A stretch of DNA of 38,982 nt from an uncultured Candidatus Saccharibacteria bacterium (GTDB lineage: Bacteria; Patescibacteriota; Minisyncoccia; Phycocordibacterales; UBA10002): contig CAYJWA010000002.1 in NCBI GenBank assembly GCA_964373775.1, forward strand, positions 1 through 38,982. Direction: 5' to 3'. Below are positions 11,779 to 20,076 of this stretch, one piece after another. Position 1 is the first letter of the stretch. Every line of letters begins with the position of its first letter. A program made the translations under genes and the position numbers. The notes beneath the pieces are model-generated. The model ran no database searches. It worked only from the letters and a program-made list of their open reading frames with translations, and was not told the origin of the DNA.

Positions 11779-12978
11779 ATGATAAAAGCAAGTGTTGGCC
11801 TCTCGGAGGGAGAGGATTCGTATGCGGTTGGGGCGAACGCGGCGCAGGACGCCTTTGACCGCCTCGGGGCTTCCGACCCGAATGCGGTCGTCGTTTTCTC
11901 CTCCGTTCAATATGACCAGGAGAAGATGATTGCCGGAGTGCGCTCTGTTGCAAAAAATGCGGTGCTGGTTGGTTGCTCAACGGCCGGTGAGATAACGCAA
12001 AACGGTCCGGCAACGCGCCACTCGGTGGCGGTTATGGCGATTAAGGGCGAGGGTATCTCGTTTTACGGAGGGGTAGGCGAGAATATTGCCGGAGGAGCGC
12101 GCGGAGCCGGCCGAACCGCGGCTGATGCGGTAAAGCGGCAAGCGCCGGGCGGGAAACTTGATGCGTTTATCATGCTCCCGGATGTGCTTACGGGGAACGG
12201 GGCTGACATCGTCCGCGGAGTCCTTGAGTCCCTCGGAGAGCATTTTCCGGTTGTGGGAGGCGCGGCCGGGGACGATTTTGAGTTCAAGAAGACATTTCAA
12301 TATCTGAACGATAAGGTGTATTCAGGAGTCGTTGTCGGACTGGGGCTCACGGGGTCGTTTAAGATGGGTATCGGAGTGAAGCACGGCTGGATTCCCGTGG
12401 GTTCACCGAAGACGGTTACCAAATCAAGCGGAGCAGTGCTCCATGAGCTTGACGGCAAGCCGGCGATTAAAATCTACGAGGACTACTTTGGCGCGGAACG
12501 CGCCAAAGAACTCCGCACCGAGGCGTTGGCGCGGCTTGCGATTACCTATCCTCTCGGTATGCAGGTTGTCGGGAGCGACGAGCTTCTTATTCGCGACCCG
12601 ATTACGGTAGATGAAAAAGGGTCAATCACTTGCGCGGCTGAAATACCGGAGGGTTCGGAGATTCGCTTGATGATCGGAAGCCGTGAGGAAGCGGTAAAGG
12701 TGGCGAAGCAAGCGGCGGAGAACGCGATGAAGCAACTCCAAGGCGGCGTGGCAAAGGCAGTCATTATCTTCAACTGCATCGCTCGCAACAAACTTTTCGG
12801 GGAGCACAGCGGCGAGGAGATTGAAGCGATTCAGGAGGCGGTGGGGTCTGATACTCCGCTTATTGGATTTTATACCTACGGAGAACAGGCGCCGCTCGGA
12901 GGCGAAGTGCTCAATATCAACAAGTGCAATCCCGCGTTCCACAATGAGACCGTGGTGATTTGCGTCTTGGGAGAATAA
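11779..12978 (+). CDS. FIST-domain sensory protein (FIST_N + FIST_C)
   Basis: ~400 aa cytoplasmic protein with the FIST layout: VVVFSSVQYD...VGCSTAGEI ... GGAAGDDF ... FNCIARNKLFG ... IGFYTYGEQAP. Confidence 0.8.
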   Translation: MIKASVGLSEGEDSYAVGANAAQDAFDRLGASDPNAVVVFSSVQYDQEKMIAGVRSVAKNAVLVGCSTAGEITQNGPATRHSVAVMAIKGEGISFYGGVGENIAGGARGAGRTAADAVKRQAPGGKLDAFIMLPDVLTGNGADIVRGVLESLGEHFPVVGGAAGDDFEFKKTFQYLNDKVYSGVVVGLGLTGSFKMGIGVKHGWIPVGSPKTVTKSSGAVLHELDGKPAIKIYEDYFGAERAKELRTEALARLAITYPLGMQVVGSDELLIRDPITVDEKGSITCAAEIPEGSEIRLMIGSREEAVKVAKQAAENAMKQLQGGVAKAVIIFNCIARNKLFGEHSGEEIEAIQEAVGSDTPLIGFYTYGEQAPLGGEVLNINKCNPAFHNETVVICVLGE

Positions 12979-13038
12979 GAGCTTGATGTTAGCCGACTTT
13001 TTACTGTTGTTCCGTCCGTCGTGCTGACTCGCGTGCGT

Positions 13039-14064
13039 ATGAAAAGAGTGCAGCAGCAATGGAGGGTATTTCTTGTTCTCTTGATTCCGCTTGCGTTATT
13101 TTTTGCGGTGGGGGGAATTGTTTTTCTTTTTCCCCATGAAGATGTCCTGCATCTTGTCTCGTTTCTCGCGGCGCTTCTCCTCAGTCTGGCAATTCAGGTC
13201 GCGGTGTTTCAGAGACATCTTTTGCCGAATGCCGTTGCCCTCCTAAAATTCAAGCAGATTGTCGCGGAACAGGATCGGGGAGCTCAGCTTCTGGTACGGC
13301 GAGACTTAGAACTCACGCGCGCAAACGAGCGGCTCCGCAATCTTGACGAGGTGAAGTCCAGTTTTATCTCGGTTGTCGCGCATCAGTTGCGCACGCCGCT
13401 CTCCGGCATCAAGTGGACGCTTAATCTCCTGCTCAAGGGCGATCTGGGCGCGCTCTCCCCGGAGCAGCAGACATTTCTTTTTAAGGCATACGAATCAAAT
13501 GACCGGATGATTGCGCTTGTCAATGATATGCTCGGCGCTGACCGCATTGAGTCCGGCAAGATTCGGTATCGGTTCGCTCCGCTTTCGCTACTGGAAGTGA
13601 TTGATGCTGTGCTTTTTGAGCTTTCGCCCGCAGCGAGCGCGAAGGGAGTAACGGTGCAGTTTGCGAAATATCCGGAGGGGCTTCCGCTCGTGCGCGCGGA
13701 CGCGGAGCAGATACGCGCGGTCCTGCAAAATCTTTTGGAAAATGCAATTAAGTATTCTCGCGCGGGCGGCACGGTTCTGCTTACTCTCGCCGCGGGGAGG
13801 GAAGAGGTCACTGTTACCATTAAAGACGACGGTATCGGGATTCCCCGTGAACAGCAAAAGAGCATCTTTGAACGGTTTTTCCGCGCCAGCAATGCCGTGA
13901 AGGTGGAGACCGAAGGGTCCGGGCTCGGGCTTTTTATCGTCAAGAGCATTGTGGAGAAACACGGCGGCCGCATCTGGTTTGAGAGCGAGGAGGGGCGAGG
14001 CGTCACCTTCTATTTTACGGTGCCGGTGGATACGACAAGCGCTCAAAACAAGAAAACGGTTTGA
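13039..14064 (+). CDS. Sensor histidine kinase (2 TM, HisKA, HATPase_c) with almost no extracytoplasmic loop
   Basis: H-box SFISVVAHQLRTPL, N-box QNLLENAIKYS, G-boxes DDGIGIP and GSGLGL. Two TM helices are separated by about 5 residues. Confidence 0.9.
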   Translation: MKRVQQQWRVFLVLLIPLALFFAVGGIVFLFPHEDVLHLVSFLAALLLSLAIQVAVFQRHLLPNAVALLKFKQIVAEQDRGAQLLVRRDLELTRANERLRNLDEVKSSFISVVAHQLRTPLSGIKWTLNLLLKGDLGALSPEQQTFLFKAYESNDRMIALVNDMLGADRIESGKIRYRFAPLSLLEVIDAVLFELSPAASAKGVTVQFAKYPEGLPLVRADAEQIRAVLQNLLENAIKYSRAGGTVLLTLAAGREEVTVTIKDDGIGIPREQQKSIFERFFRASNAVKVETEGSGLGLFIVKSIVEKHGGRIWFESEEGRGVTFYFTVPVDTTSAQNKKTV

Positions 14065-14088
14065 GTCGCCGCTGTTGATAGAAATAAG

Positions 14089-14212
14089 TAGATTAATGTT
14101 GTAAGATTAAGCATAACACAGATTAAAGTTGTAAGATTTAAGTACGACAGTAGAACTCAAAGCCGGATTTCCCTACTTTAATCTTTAATCTTTAATCTGA
14201 AATCTTAAATCT
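14089..14212. repeat. Low-complexity palindromic spacer: 2x ~30-nt AGATTAAWGTTGTAAGATT units facing 4x CTTTAATCT-type units
   Basis: Direct reading. The right-hand units are the reverse complement of AGATTAAAG. Confidence 0.8.
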
Positions 14213-15043
14213 ATGAGCAAGATTCTCCTTATTGAAGACGATATATTTCTGGGAGATGTACTTATGGAAAAGCTCAAAGCCGCAGGCTACGAGGCGCGAC
14301 TTTCTCGCGACGGCGTTTCGGGACTGCGCGCCCTGCGCGAGTGGAAGCCGGATTTGCTTCTCCTGGACATTATTCTGCCGAATAAAAACGGGTATGAAGT
14401 GCTGGAGGAGAAACTTCGCGACAAAATGATTGCAAAGATTCCGGTTATTGTTATCTCTAATTCCGGCCAGCCTGTTGAAATCAACCGCGCCCTGGCGCTC
14501 GGAGTGAAGGATTATCTGGTAAAAGCTCAATTTGACCCCGAGGAAGTGCTTATCAAAGTGCGGCTGCAGCTCTCGGGAGGGGAGACGGCTCCCCGGTCTT
14601 CGCTTCCGGCGGCGCAGGCACAGAAAGGGGGAGAAAAGAACTCCGGCGCCGCTGCTTTGCAGGGGAGAAAGATCATGTGGGTGGAGGACGACAAATTCTT
14701 AAGCGACATCATTGCGCGAAAACTCTCCGCGCAAGGAAGCGTGTTAATTCACGCGAGCGACGGGGGCACGGCTCTGAAGATTCTTGAAAACGAGTCGCCG
14801 GATATCGTGCTTCTCGATATTCTACTTTCCGGCATTGACGGGTATGAGATTCTGAAACGGATGAAATCGGCTGAAAAGACGAAACATATCCCCGTCATTC
14901 TCCTTTCTAACCTGGGGCAGAAGAGCGATGTGGAAAAAGGGAAAGCGCTCGGCGCGGCGCGGTTTCTGATTAAAGCAACCGTTACCTTGGATGAGATTGT
15001 GGAGGAGATAAAAGCCGTTCTGAAAGAAGTAAGCAGTAAGTAG
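14213..15043 (+). CDS. Response regulator with two receiver (REC) domains and no output domain
   Basis: KILLIEDD...LLLLD...VKDYLVKA and KIMWVEDD...IVLLD...FLIKA, joined by a Pro/Ala/Gly linker. Confidence 0.9.
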   Translation: MSKILLIEDDIFLGDVLMEKLKAAGYEARLSRDGVSGLRALREWKPDLLLLDIILPNKNGYEVLEEKLRDKMIAKIPVIVISNSGQPVEINRALALGVKDYLVKAQFDPEEVLIKVRLQLSGGETAPRSSLPAAQAQKGGEKNSGAAALQGRKIMWVEDDKFLSDIIARKLSAQGSVLIHASDGGTALKILENESPDIVLLDILLSGIDGYEILKRMKSAEKTKHIPVILLSNLGQKSDVEKGKALGAARFLIKATVTLDEIVEEIKAVLKEVSSK

Positions 15044-15065
15044 TAAGTAGATAGTAGGGAGAGAA

Positions 15066-15099
15066 AAAGCGGCGGGGAGAGTCCCCGCCGTTTTGTTTT
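15066..15099 (+). terminator. Intrinsic terminator after the regulator gene
   Basis: cggcgggga-gag-tccccgccg followed by ttttgtttt. Confidence 0.75.
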
Positions 15100-15112
15100 G
15101 GGGAAAGGAGAA

Positions 15113-15121
15113 TGGTATAGT
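15113..15121 (+). promoter_or_regulatory. Extended -10 element (TGgTATAGT) upstream of uvrA
   Basis: aatggtatagt read directly. Confidence 0.4.
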
Positions 15122-15169
15122 GTCCGTGCATCACCCTACGGCAAGGCCGCGGGGTCGATTGCGTGCTTT

Positions 15170-15212
15170 CGGTTAAACCTAAAACCTAAATCCATTTAGG
15201 TAGGTTTAACCG
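15170..15212. repeat. Imperfect palindrome built from AAACCTA heptamers in the uvrA 5' UTR
   Basis: cggttaaacctaaaacctaaat cc atttaggtaggtttaaccg, ending 16 nt before the ATG. Confidence 0.75.
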
Positions 15213-15227
15213 ACAGGCAACAAAAGC

Positions 15228-17882
15228 ATGCAGCATCAAGGCGATAAAATCATTGTTAAGGGAGCACGGACACATAACCTTAAGAACATCACGGTTGAGA
15301 TGCCGCGCAATAAACTGATTGTATTCACCGGGCTTTCCGGAAGCGGGAAGTCGTCTTTGGCGTTTGATACGATCTTTGCGGAAGGTCAGCGCCGCTATGT
15401 GGAGTCGCTCTCTGCCTACGCGCGGCAGTTCCTGCGGCAGATGCAGAAGCCGGATGTGGACGAGATTATCGGACTCTCGCCGGCCATTTCCATTGACCAA
15501 AAGAGCCGTTCCAACAACCCGCGTTCAACGGTTGCGACCATTACCGAAATTTACGATTATCTGCGCGTCTTGTTTGCGCGCGTCGGGAAACCGCACTGTC
15601 TTCTCTGCGGGCGAGAAATCAAAAAGCTCTCCAACGAAGAAATTAAAGACACCATTTTGGAAGCGGTTGCGCGCGTGCGGAAAAGCGCTGCCGGGCCGAG
15701 GGTTCTTGGCGTCGCCGTGAGCAACGCGAAGCTCAAACTCTACGCGCCCATCGTCGTCGGGCGCAAGGGCGAGTACTACCAGTTGCTCTACGACTTGCTA
15801 GGAAAGGGGTACGCAGCGGTGAAGGTGGACGGTGTTGAGAAAAAACTGCGCGAGCCGATTGTCTTGGAGAAAAACAAGAAGCACGACATTGATGTGTTGG
15901 TAGACGAATTCTTTCTGTCGGAGCTCGCTAGGGGGAGCGACGCGACGAGGGAGCGTCTGCCGGAGGCAATTGAGCGCGCGCTCCACGAATCGGGCGGGCT
16001 CGTGCGCGTAGAAACATCTGCCGAGAGCAAGATTATTTCCGCCAAGTTTATGTGCCCCTACGACGGCTTTTCGTACCCAGAGGTGGAGCCGCGGCTCTTC
16101 TCTTTCAACTCGCCGTACGGCGCGTGTCCGGAATGCAACGGCCTCGGCACGCGGCATTTCTTCGGAGACGAGCCATGCCCGAAATGCAAAGGCGCGCGGC
16201 TGCGCGATGAATCTCTCCATGTCGTGCTCGGAAGCACGACCGCGGACAAGCGCGGACTGGACGCAGACCTACGCGGAAGGGGAAGCGGCGTAAACATTGT
16301 GCAGTTATCGGCCATGTCCATTGCGGATGCATACGACTTTTTCGTGGAGCTGAAGCTCTCGCCGAAGGAGCGGGAAATTGCCAAAGTCGTGCTCCGCGAG
16401 ATTGAGTCGCGACTGCAGTTTATGATTGATGTGGGTATTGAGTACCTCACACTTGACCGGCGGGCGCATACGCTCTCGGGCGGCGAGGCGCAGAGGATTC
16501 GGCTTGCCTCCCAACTGGGGAGCGGGCTCGTGGGCGCCCTGTATGTGCTTGACGAGCCGACCATCGGACTCCACGCGCGAGATAACGCGCGACTCTTGAA
16601 GACCCTTCTGCACCTGCGGGATATCGGGAACACGATTATTGTAGTGGAACATGATGAGGAAACGATTCTTTCCGCGGATTATTTGGTGGATATCGGTCCC
16701 GGAGCCGGCGTGCATGGCGGATACATTGTCGTTGACGGCGATTTGCAAAAGCTGTTGTCGGCAAAGACGAATGCAAGCAAGTCGCTGACACTTTCGTATC
16801 TGCGCGGCGAGGTGGAGATTGAAGTTCCGGAAACGCGCCGCACGCGAGACAAAGGCGCGCTCAAAATCCGCGGCGCAAAGATCTTCAACATACAAAATGT
16901 TTCGGTGGATGTGCCGCTTGGAAAACTGACGGTGATTACCGGCGTATCCGGTTCCGGCAAGTCCTCGTTTCTGTATGAGATTCTGCACAAAAATCTTCAG
17001 GCGCGGTTTGACCGCAGGTACCGAAGCGCTGAAACCTTTCACTGCAGCTCATTTACCGGTACTGAATACCTTTCACGCGCCATTCTCATAGACCAGTCCC
17101 CGATTGGGCGCACGCCACGCTCCAATCCTGCGACCTACACCGGAGCGTGGACATTCATTCGTGGGCTTTTTGCCGAAACTGAGGAGGCGCGCGTGCGCGG
17201 CTGGAGTCCGAGCCGCTTTTCGTTCAATGTGCCCACCGCAGGCGGGTCCGCCTCGGGCGGAAAAGGGGGTAGATGCGAAGCGTGCCAAGGGAACGGCGAG
17301 ATAGCCGTGGAGATGCACTTTCTCCCGACCGTCTATGTCACCTGTGATGTCTGCAATGGCAAGCGATTTATGAAAGAAACGTTGGAGGTGAGGTATAAGA
17401 AAAAAAGCGCCTACGACATACTTCAGATGACGATTGAGGAGTGTCTTGAATTCTTTGAGGATATCCCCGCGGTAGCCGATCGTTTAAAAACTTTAAACGA
17501 TGTAGGCCTAGGGTATCTAGAGTTGGGCCAATCCGCGACGACCCTCTCCGGCGGGGAGGCCCAACGGGTGAAAATATCCTCGGAACTCTATCGTACGCAT
17601 GTCCAAAAGACCATCTATCTTCTGGACGAGCCGACCGTGGGTCTCCACTACGAAGATGTAAAAAAGCTCATTGAGATTCTTCAGAAACTGGTGGACCACG
17701 GAAATACGGTCGTGGTCATTGAGCACAACATGGATGTGATTAAAAGTTCGGACTATGTTATTGACTTCGGGCCGGATGGCGGCGACGGGGGAGGGCAGAT
17801 TATCGCGAAGGGAACGCCGGAAGAAGTTGCAAGCCATAAGAAATCGTACACGGGGGAGTATTTGCGAAAGGCGCTTGGGTAG
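15228..17882 (+). CDS. uvrA: Excinuclease ABC subunit A
   Basis: [34 protein letters not shown], two ABC modules and zinc-finger cysteines. Confidence 0.95.
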   Translation: MQHQGDKIIVKGARTHNLKNITVEMPRNKLIVFTGLSGSGKSSLAFDTIFAEGQRRYVESLSAYARQFLRQMQKPDVDEIIGLSPAISIDQKSRSNNPRSTVATITEIYDYLRVLFARVGKPHCLLCGREIKKLSNEEIKDTILEAVARVRKSAAGPRVLGVAVSNAKLKLYAPIVVGRKGEYYQLLYDLLGKGYAAVKVDGVEKKLREPIVLEKNKKHDIDVLVDEFFLSELARGSDATRERLPEAIERALHESGGLVRVETSAESKIISAKFMCPYDGFSYPEVEPRLFSFNSPYGACPECNGLGTRHFFGDEPCPKCKGARLRDESLHVVLGSTTADKRGLDADLRGRGSGVNIVQLSAMSIADAYDFFVELKLSPKEREIAKVVLREIESRLQFMIDVGIEYLTLDRRAHTLSGGEAQRIRLASQLGSGLVGALYVLDEPTIGLHARDNARLLKTLLHLRDIGNTIIVVEHDEETILSADYLVDIGPGAGVHGGYIVVDGDLQKLLSAKTNASKSLTLSYLRGEVEIEVPETRRTRDKGALKIRGAKIFNIQNVSVDVPLGKLTVITGVSGSGKSSFLYEILHKNLQARFDRRYRSAETFHCSSFTGTEYLSRAILIDQSPIGRTPRSNPATYTGAWTFIRGLFAETEEARVRGWSPSRFSFNVPTAGGSASGGKGGRCEACQGNGEIAVEMHFLPTVYVTCDVCNGKRFMKETLEVRYKKKSAYDILQMTIEECLEFFEDIPAVADRLKTLNDVGLGYLELGQSATTLSGGEAQRVKISSELYRTHVQKTIYLLDEPTVGLHYEDVKKLIEILQKLVDHGNTVVVIEHNMDVIKSSDYVIDFGPDGGDGGGQIIAKGTPEEVASHKKSYTGEYLRKALG

Positions 17883-17960
17883 ATTTAGGATTTATGATTT
17901 AAGATGTAAGAAAAAAACCAGCCGTTCATACCGACACGACTGGCATGGTTCCCTGGACGG

Positions 17961-18323
17961 TTACGCTCCCAGCGCTTTGAGCAACTGGGAGTCCATCACC
18001 GTGGTGACAAAAATGGCCTTGCTCCTCGAGTCCTCTTCCGGAAACACTGAAGCTTCACCCATCTCCCCCACGACTACGAAGACTTCCCCGCCGTCTCTTT
18101 GAGCAAGTGTAGAAACGGCCACTCTGATCGTCTCGCCCGCTGAAGCACCGATTCCTCCGCGGCAGTCAATGATAACCAGGGTAATGTACGGGTCTTCACG
18201 CAACACAATCCGTGTCGTATTTTCCCCCGTAGCGATGCGATATTTCCCCCCTTTCGCCTCAACGAGTTGGCTTGCCGATTGCATGAAGCCCATTTCTGAT
18301 GACACAATTAGAACCCTCATCAT
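17961..18323 (-). CDS. Hypothetical 120-aa protein, possibly a degenerate receiver-like fold
   Basis: MMRVLIVSSE...LVIIDCRGG recalls a REC N-terminus but lacks the acidic pocket. Start chosen to avoid overlap with uvrC. Confidence 0.4.
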   Translation of the reverse strand: MMRVLIVSSEMGFMQSASQLVEAKGGKYRIATGENTTRIVLREDPYITLVIIDCRGGIGASAGETIRVAVSTLAQRDGGEVFVVVGEMGEASVFPEEDSRSKAIFVTTVMDSQLLKALGA

Positions 18324-18385
18324 TTTTCTTCGCAACCTTGGTTTGGAAGTTGCGCCTTTCTGTTGTGTGATATAGCATATGGAGC

Positions 18386-19858
18386 ATGAATAGTCAAGCG
18401 TTTCCCAAGAGGCGAAGGATTTCAAAATCCCTCCCCCCACCGGGTACTCCCTTTAGAAAAGGGAGAATACCCGATACCCCCGGGGTGTATTTCTTTCTTG
18501 GGCGACCGCGAAGCGGTTTAGCCCGAGGGTCTCTACACCCTAAACCCGCAAGGGCGGGTCGGGTTTTGTATATCGGGCGCGCCGCCTCGCTCCGCAATCG
18601 CGTGCGAAGCTATTTCGCACCTGACATCGCGGAGAAGCGAAGCTCGTGGATTGCGAAGATGCTTACCGAGGCGAAGAGTATTAATTTCCGGAAAACCGAT
18701 TCAGTGCTTGAGGCAATTCTCCTTGAGGCATACCTTATCAAAAAACTTCAGCCGCCATACAATACGGAACAGAAAGACGACAAGAGCTTCAACTGCATCG
18801 TCATCACCGACGAGTCGTTTCCCGCGCTTATGGTCGCGCGTCAAAAGAACATAGACTTTTCCTCGGTAAGGATTAAGCCTGCCCGCCGAAACCTCGGCGC
18901 AGGCGGGGATGAAGGATTAAAGATTCGCGCCGTGTACGGTCCTTTCCCGCACGGTGAGGAACTTCAGACCGCGCTTAAAATCATCCGTAAGATTTTTCCC
19001 TTTCGCGACGATACATGTACGCCGTGCCCCCAAAGTATCAGAGGACATTCCAACATTCTCAAGAATGTTGGAATGTTGTGTCGCCCGTGCTTTAACAGGC
19101 AGATAGGACTTTGCCCGGGGGTCTGCACCGGCGAGATACGCGAGCGGGAGTACGCAAAAACAATTCGGAATATCCGGCTCTTTTTTGAGGGGAAAAAACC
19201 GCGACTGCTGAAACTGCTCAAATCAGAAATGAATGCCGCGGCAAAAGCGCAGGAATTTGAAAAAGCTAGCGTAGTTAAAAAAACCATCTTTGCTCTCCAG
19301 CACATCCAAGAGGTCGCCCTCCTCAAAACTTTTAACTTTACACTTTCAACTTTTAACTTCAGGATTGAGGCCTACGACCTCTCGCATTTCGGCGGAAAAG
19401 AAATAGTCGGCGCAATGGCGGTAGTTCTAAACGGCGTCGCGCAAAAAAGCGAGTATCGCCTGTTCAAACTGCGCGGCATCAGGTCGCAAAATGAAGTTGC
19501 CGGTTTGCAGGAAATTATCCGCCGCCGCTTGAATCATCCGGAATGGCTGTTTCCAGATTTGATTGTCGTTGACGGAAACGAGGTCCAGAAAAATGCGGCT
19601 GAAAAGATTCTGAAAGAATGGGGAAGAGTGATTCCGGTTGCCGCGGTCGTGAAAGACGAGCGCCATCGCCCGCGGGAAATTCTTAACAAGATGCTTGCTG
19701 TCGGGCAACCCTCCTACATTCCGAGGAATGTAGGAATATGGAGCGAACAGCAAGAATTACATGCGGCGATTCTTCTGGCGAACAGCGAGGCGCACCGATT
19801 CGTTCTGAAGTTCCAGCGCAGGCAGCGGCTGGTTAAACGAACCGCTGTGAAAAACTGA
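18386..19858 (+). CDS. uvrC: Excinuclease ABC subunit C. Short form with no C-terminal (HhH)2 domain and several in-frame hairpin insertions.
   Basis: GIY-YIG (PGVYFF...VLYIGRA...RNRVRSYF), UVR domain (EFEKASVVKKTIFALQ), endonuclease domain (IEAYDLSHFGG). Ends ~15 aa after SEAHRF. Confidence 0.9.
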   Translation: MNSQAFPKRRRISKSLPPPGTPFRKGRIPDTPGVYFFLGRPRSGLARGSLHPKPARAGRVLYIGRAASLRNRVRSYFAPDIAEKRSSWIAKMLTEAKSINFRKTDSVLEAILLEAYLIKKLQPPYNTEQKDDKSFNCIVITDESFPALMVARQKNIDFSSVRIKPARRNLGAGGDEGLKIRAVYGPFPHGEELQTALKIIRKIFPFRDDTCTPCPQSIRGHSNILKNVGMLCRPCFNRQIGLCPGVCTGEIREREYAKTIRNIRLFFEGKKPRLLKLLKSEMNAAAKAQEFEKASVVKKTIFALQHIQEVALLKTFNFTLSTFNFRIEAYDLSHFGGKEIVGAMAVVLNGVAQKSEYRLFKLRGIRSQNEVAGLQEIIRRRLNHPEWLFPDLIVVDGNEVQKNAAEKILKEWGRVIPVAAVVKDERHRPREILNKMLAVGQPSYIPRNVGIWSEQQELHAAILLANSEAHRFVLKFQRRQRLVKRTAVKN

Positions 19859-19892
19859 CTTTCCTTCAGAAGCGCTATTACGGATTCAGTTA

Positions 19893-19921
19893 TTGACAGA
19901 AAATAGCCCTTCGGCTATACT
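19893..19921 (+). promoter_or_regulatory. Near-consensus promoter TTGACA-N17-TATACT
   Basis: ttgaca (19893-19898), 17-nt spacer, tatact (19916-19921). Confidence 0.7.
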
Positions 19922-19927
19922 ATCCGA

Positions 19928-20060
19928 ATAACGCTGAAAAGAGTGAGTTGCGGCTATTCCCGACGAGATTACCAGGTGTTTGACCTGATTATCTTGCAGA
20001 GAGAAAACTAGCAATCAACAGAAGCAAAAAGAACCCCTGAAGAGCAGGGGGTTTTGTTGT
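19928..20060 (+). ncRNA. Candidate small RNA (~130 nt), family unknown
   Basis: Lies between the promoter at 19893-19921 and the terminator at 20034-20060. Internal hairpin agattaccaggt / acctgattatct. Only a 22-codon GTG ORF. Confidence 0.45.
20034..20060 (+). terminator. Intrinsic terminator
   Basis: cccctg-aagag-cagggg followed by gttttgttgt. Confidence 0.7.
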
Positions 20061-20076
20061 TATCTGCCTGTTACAG

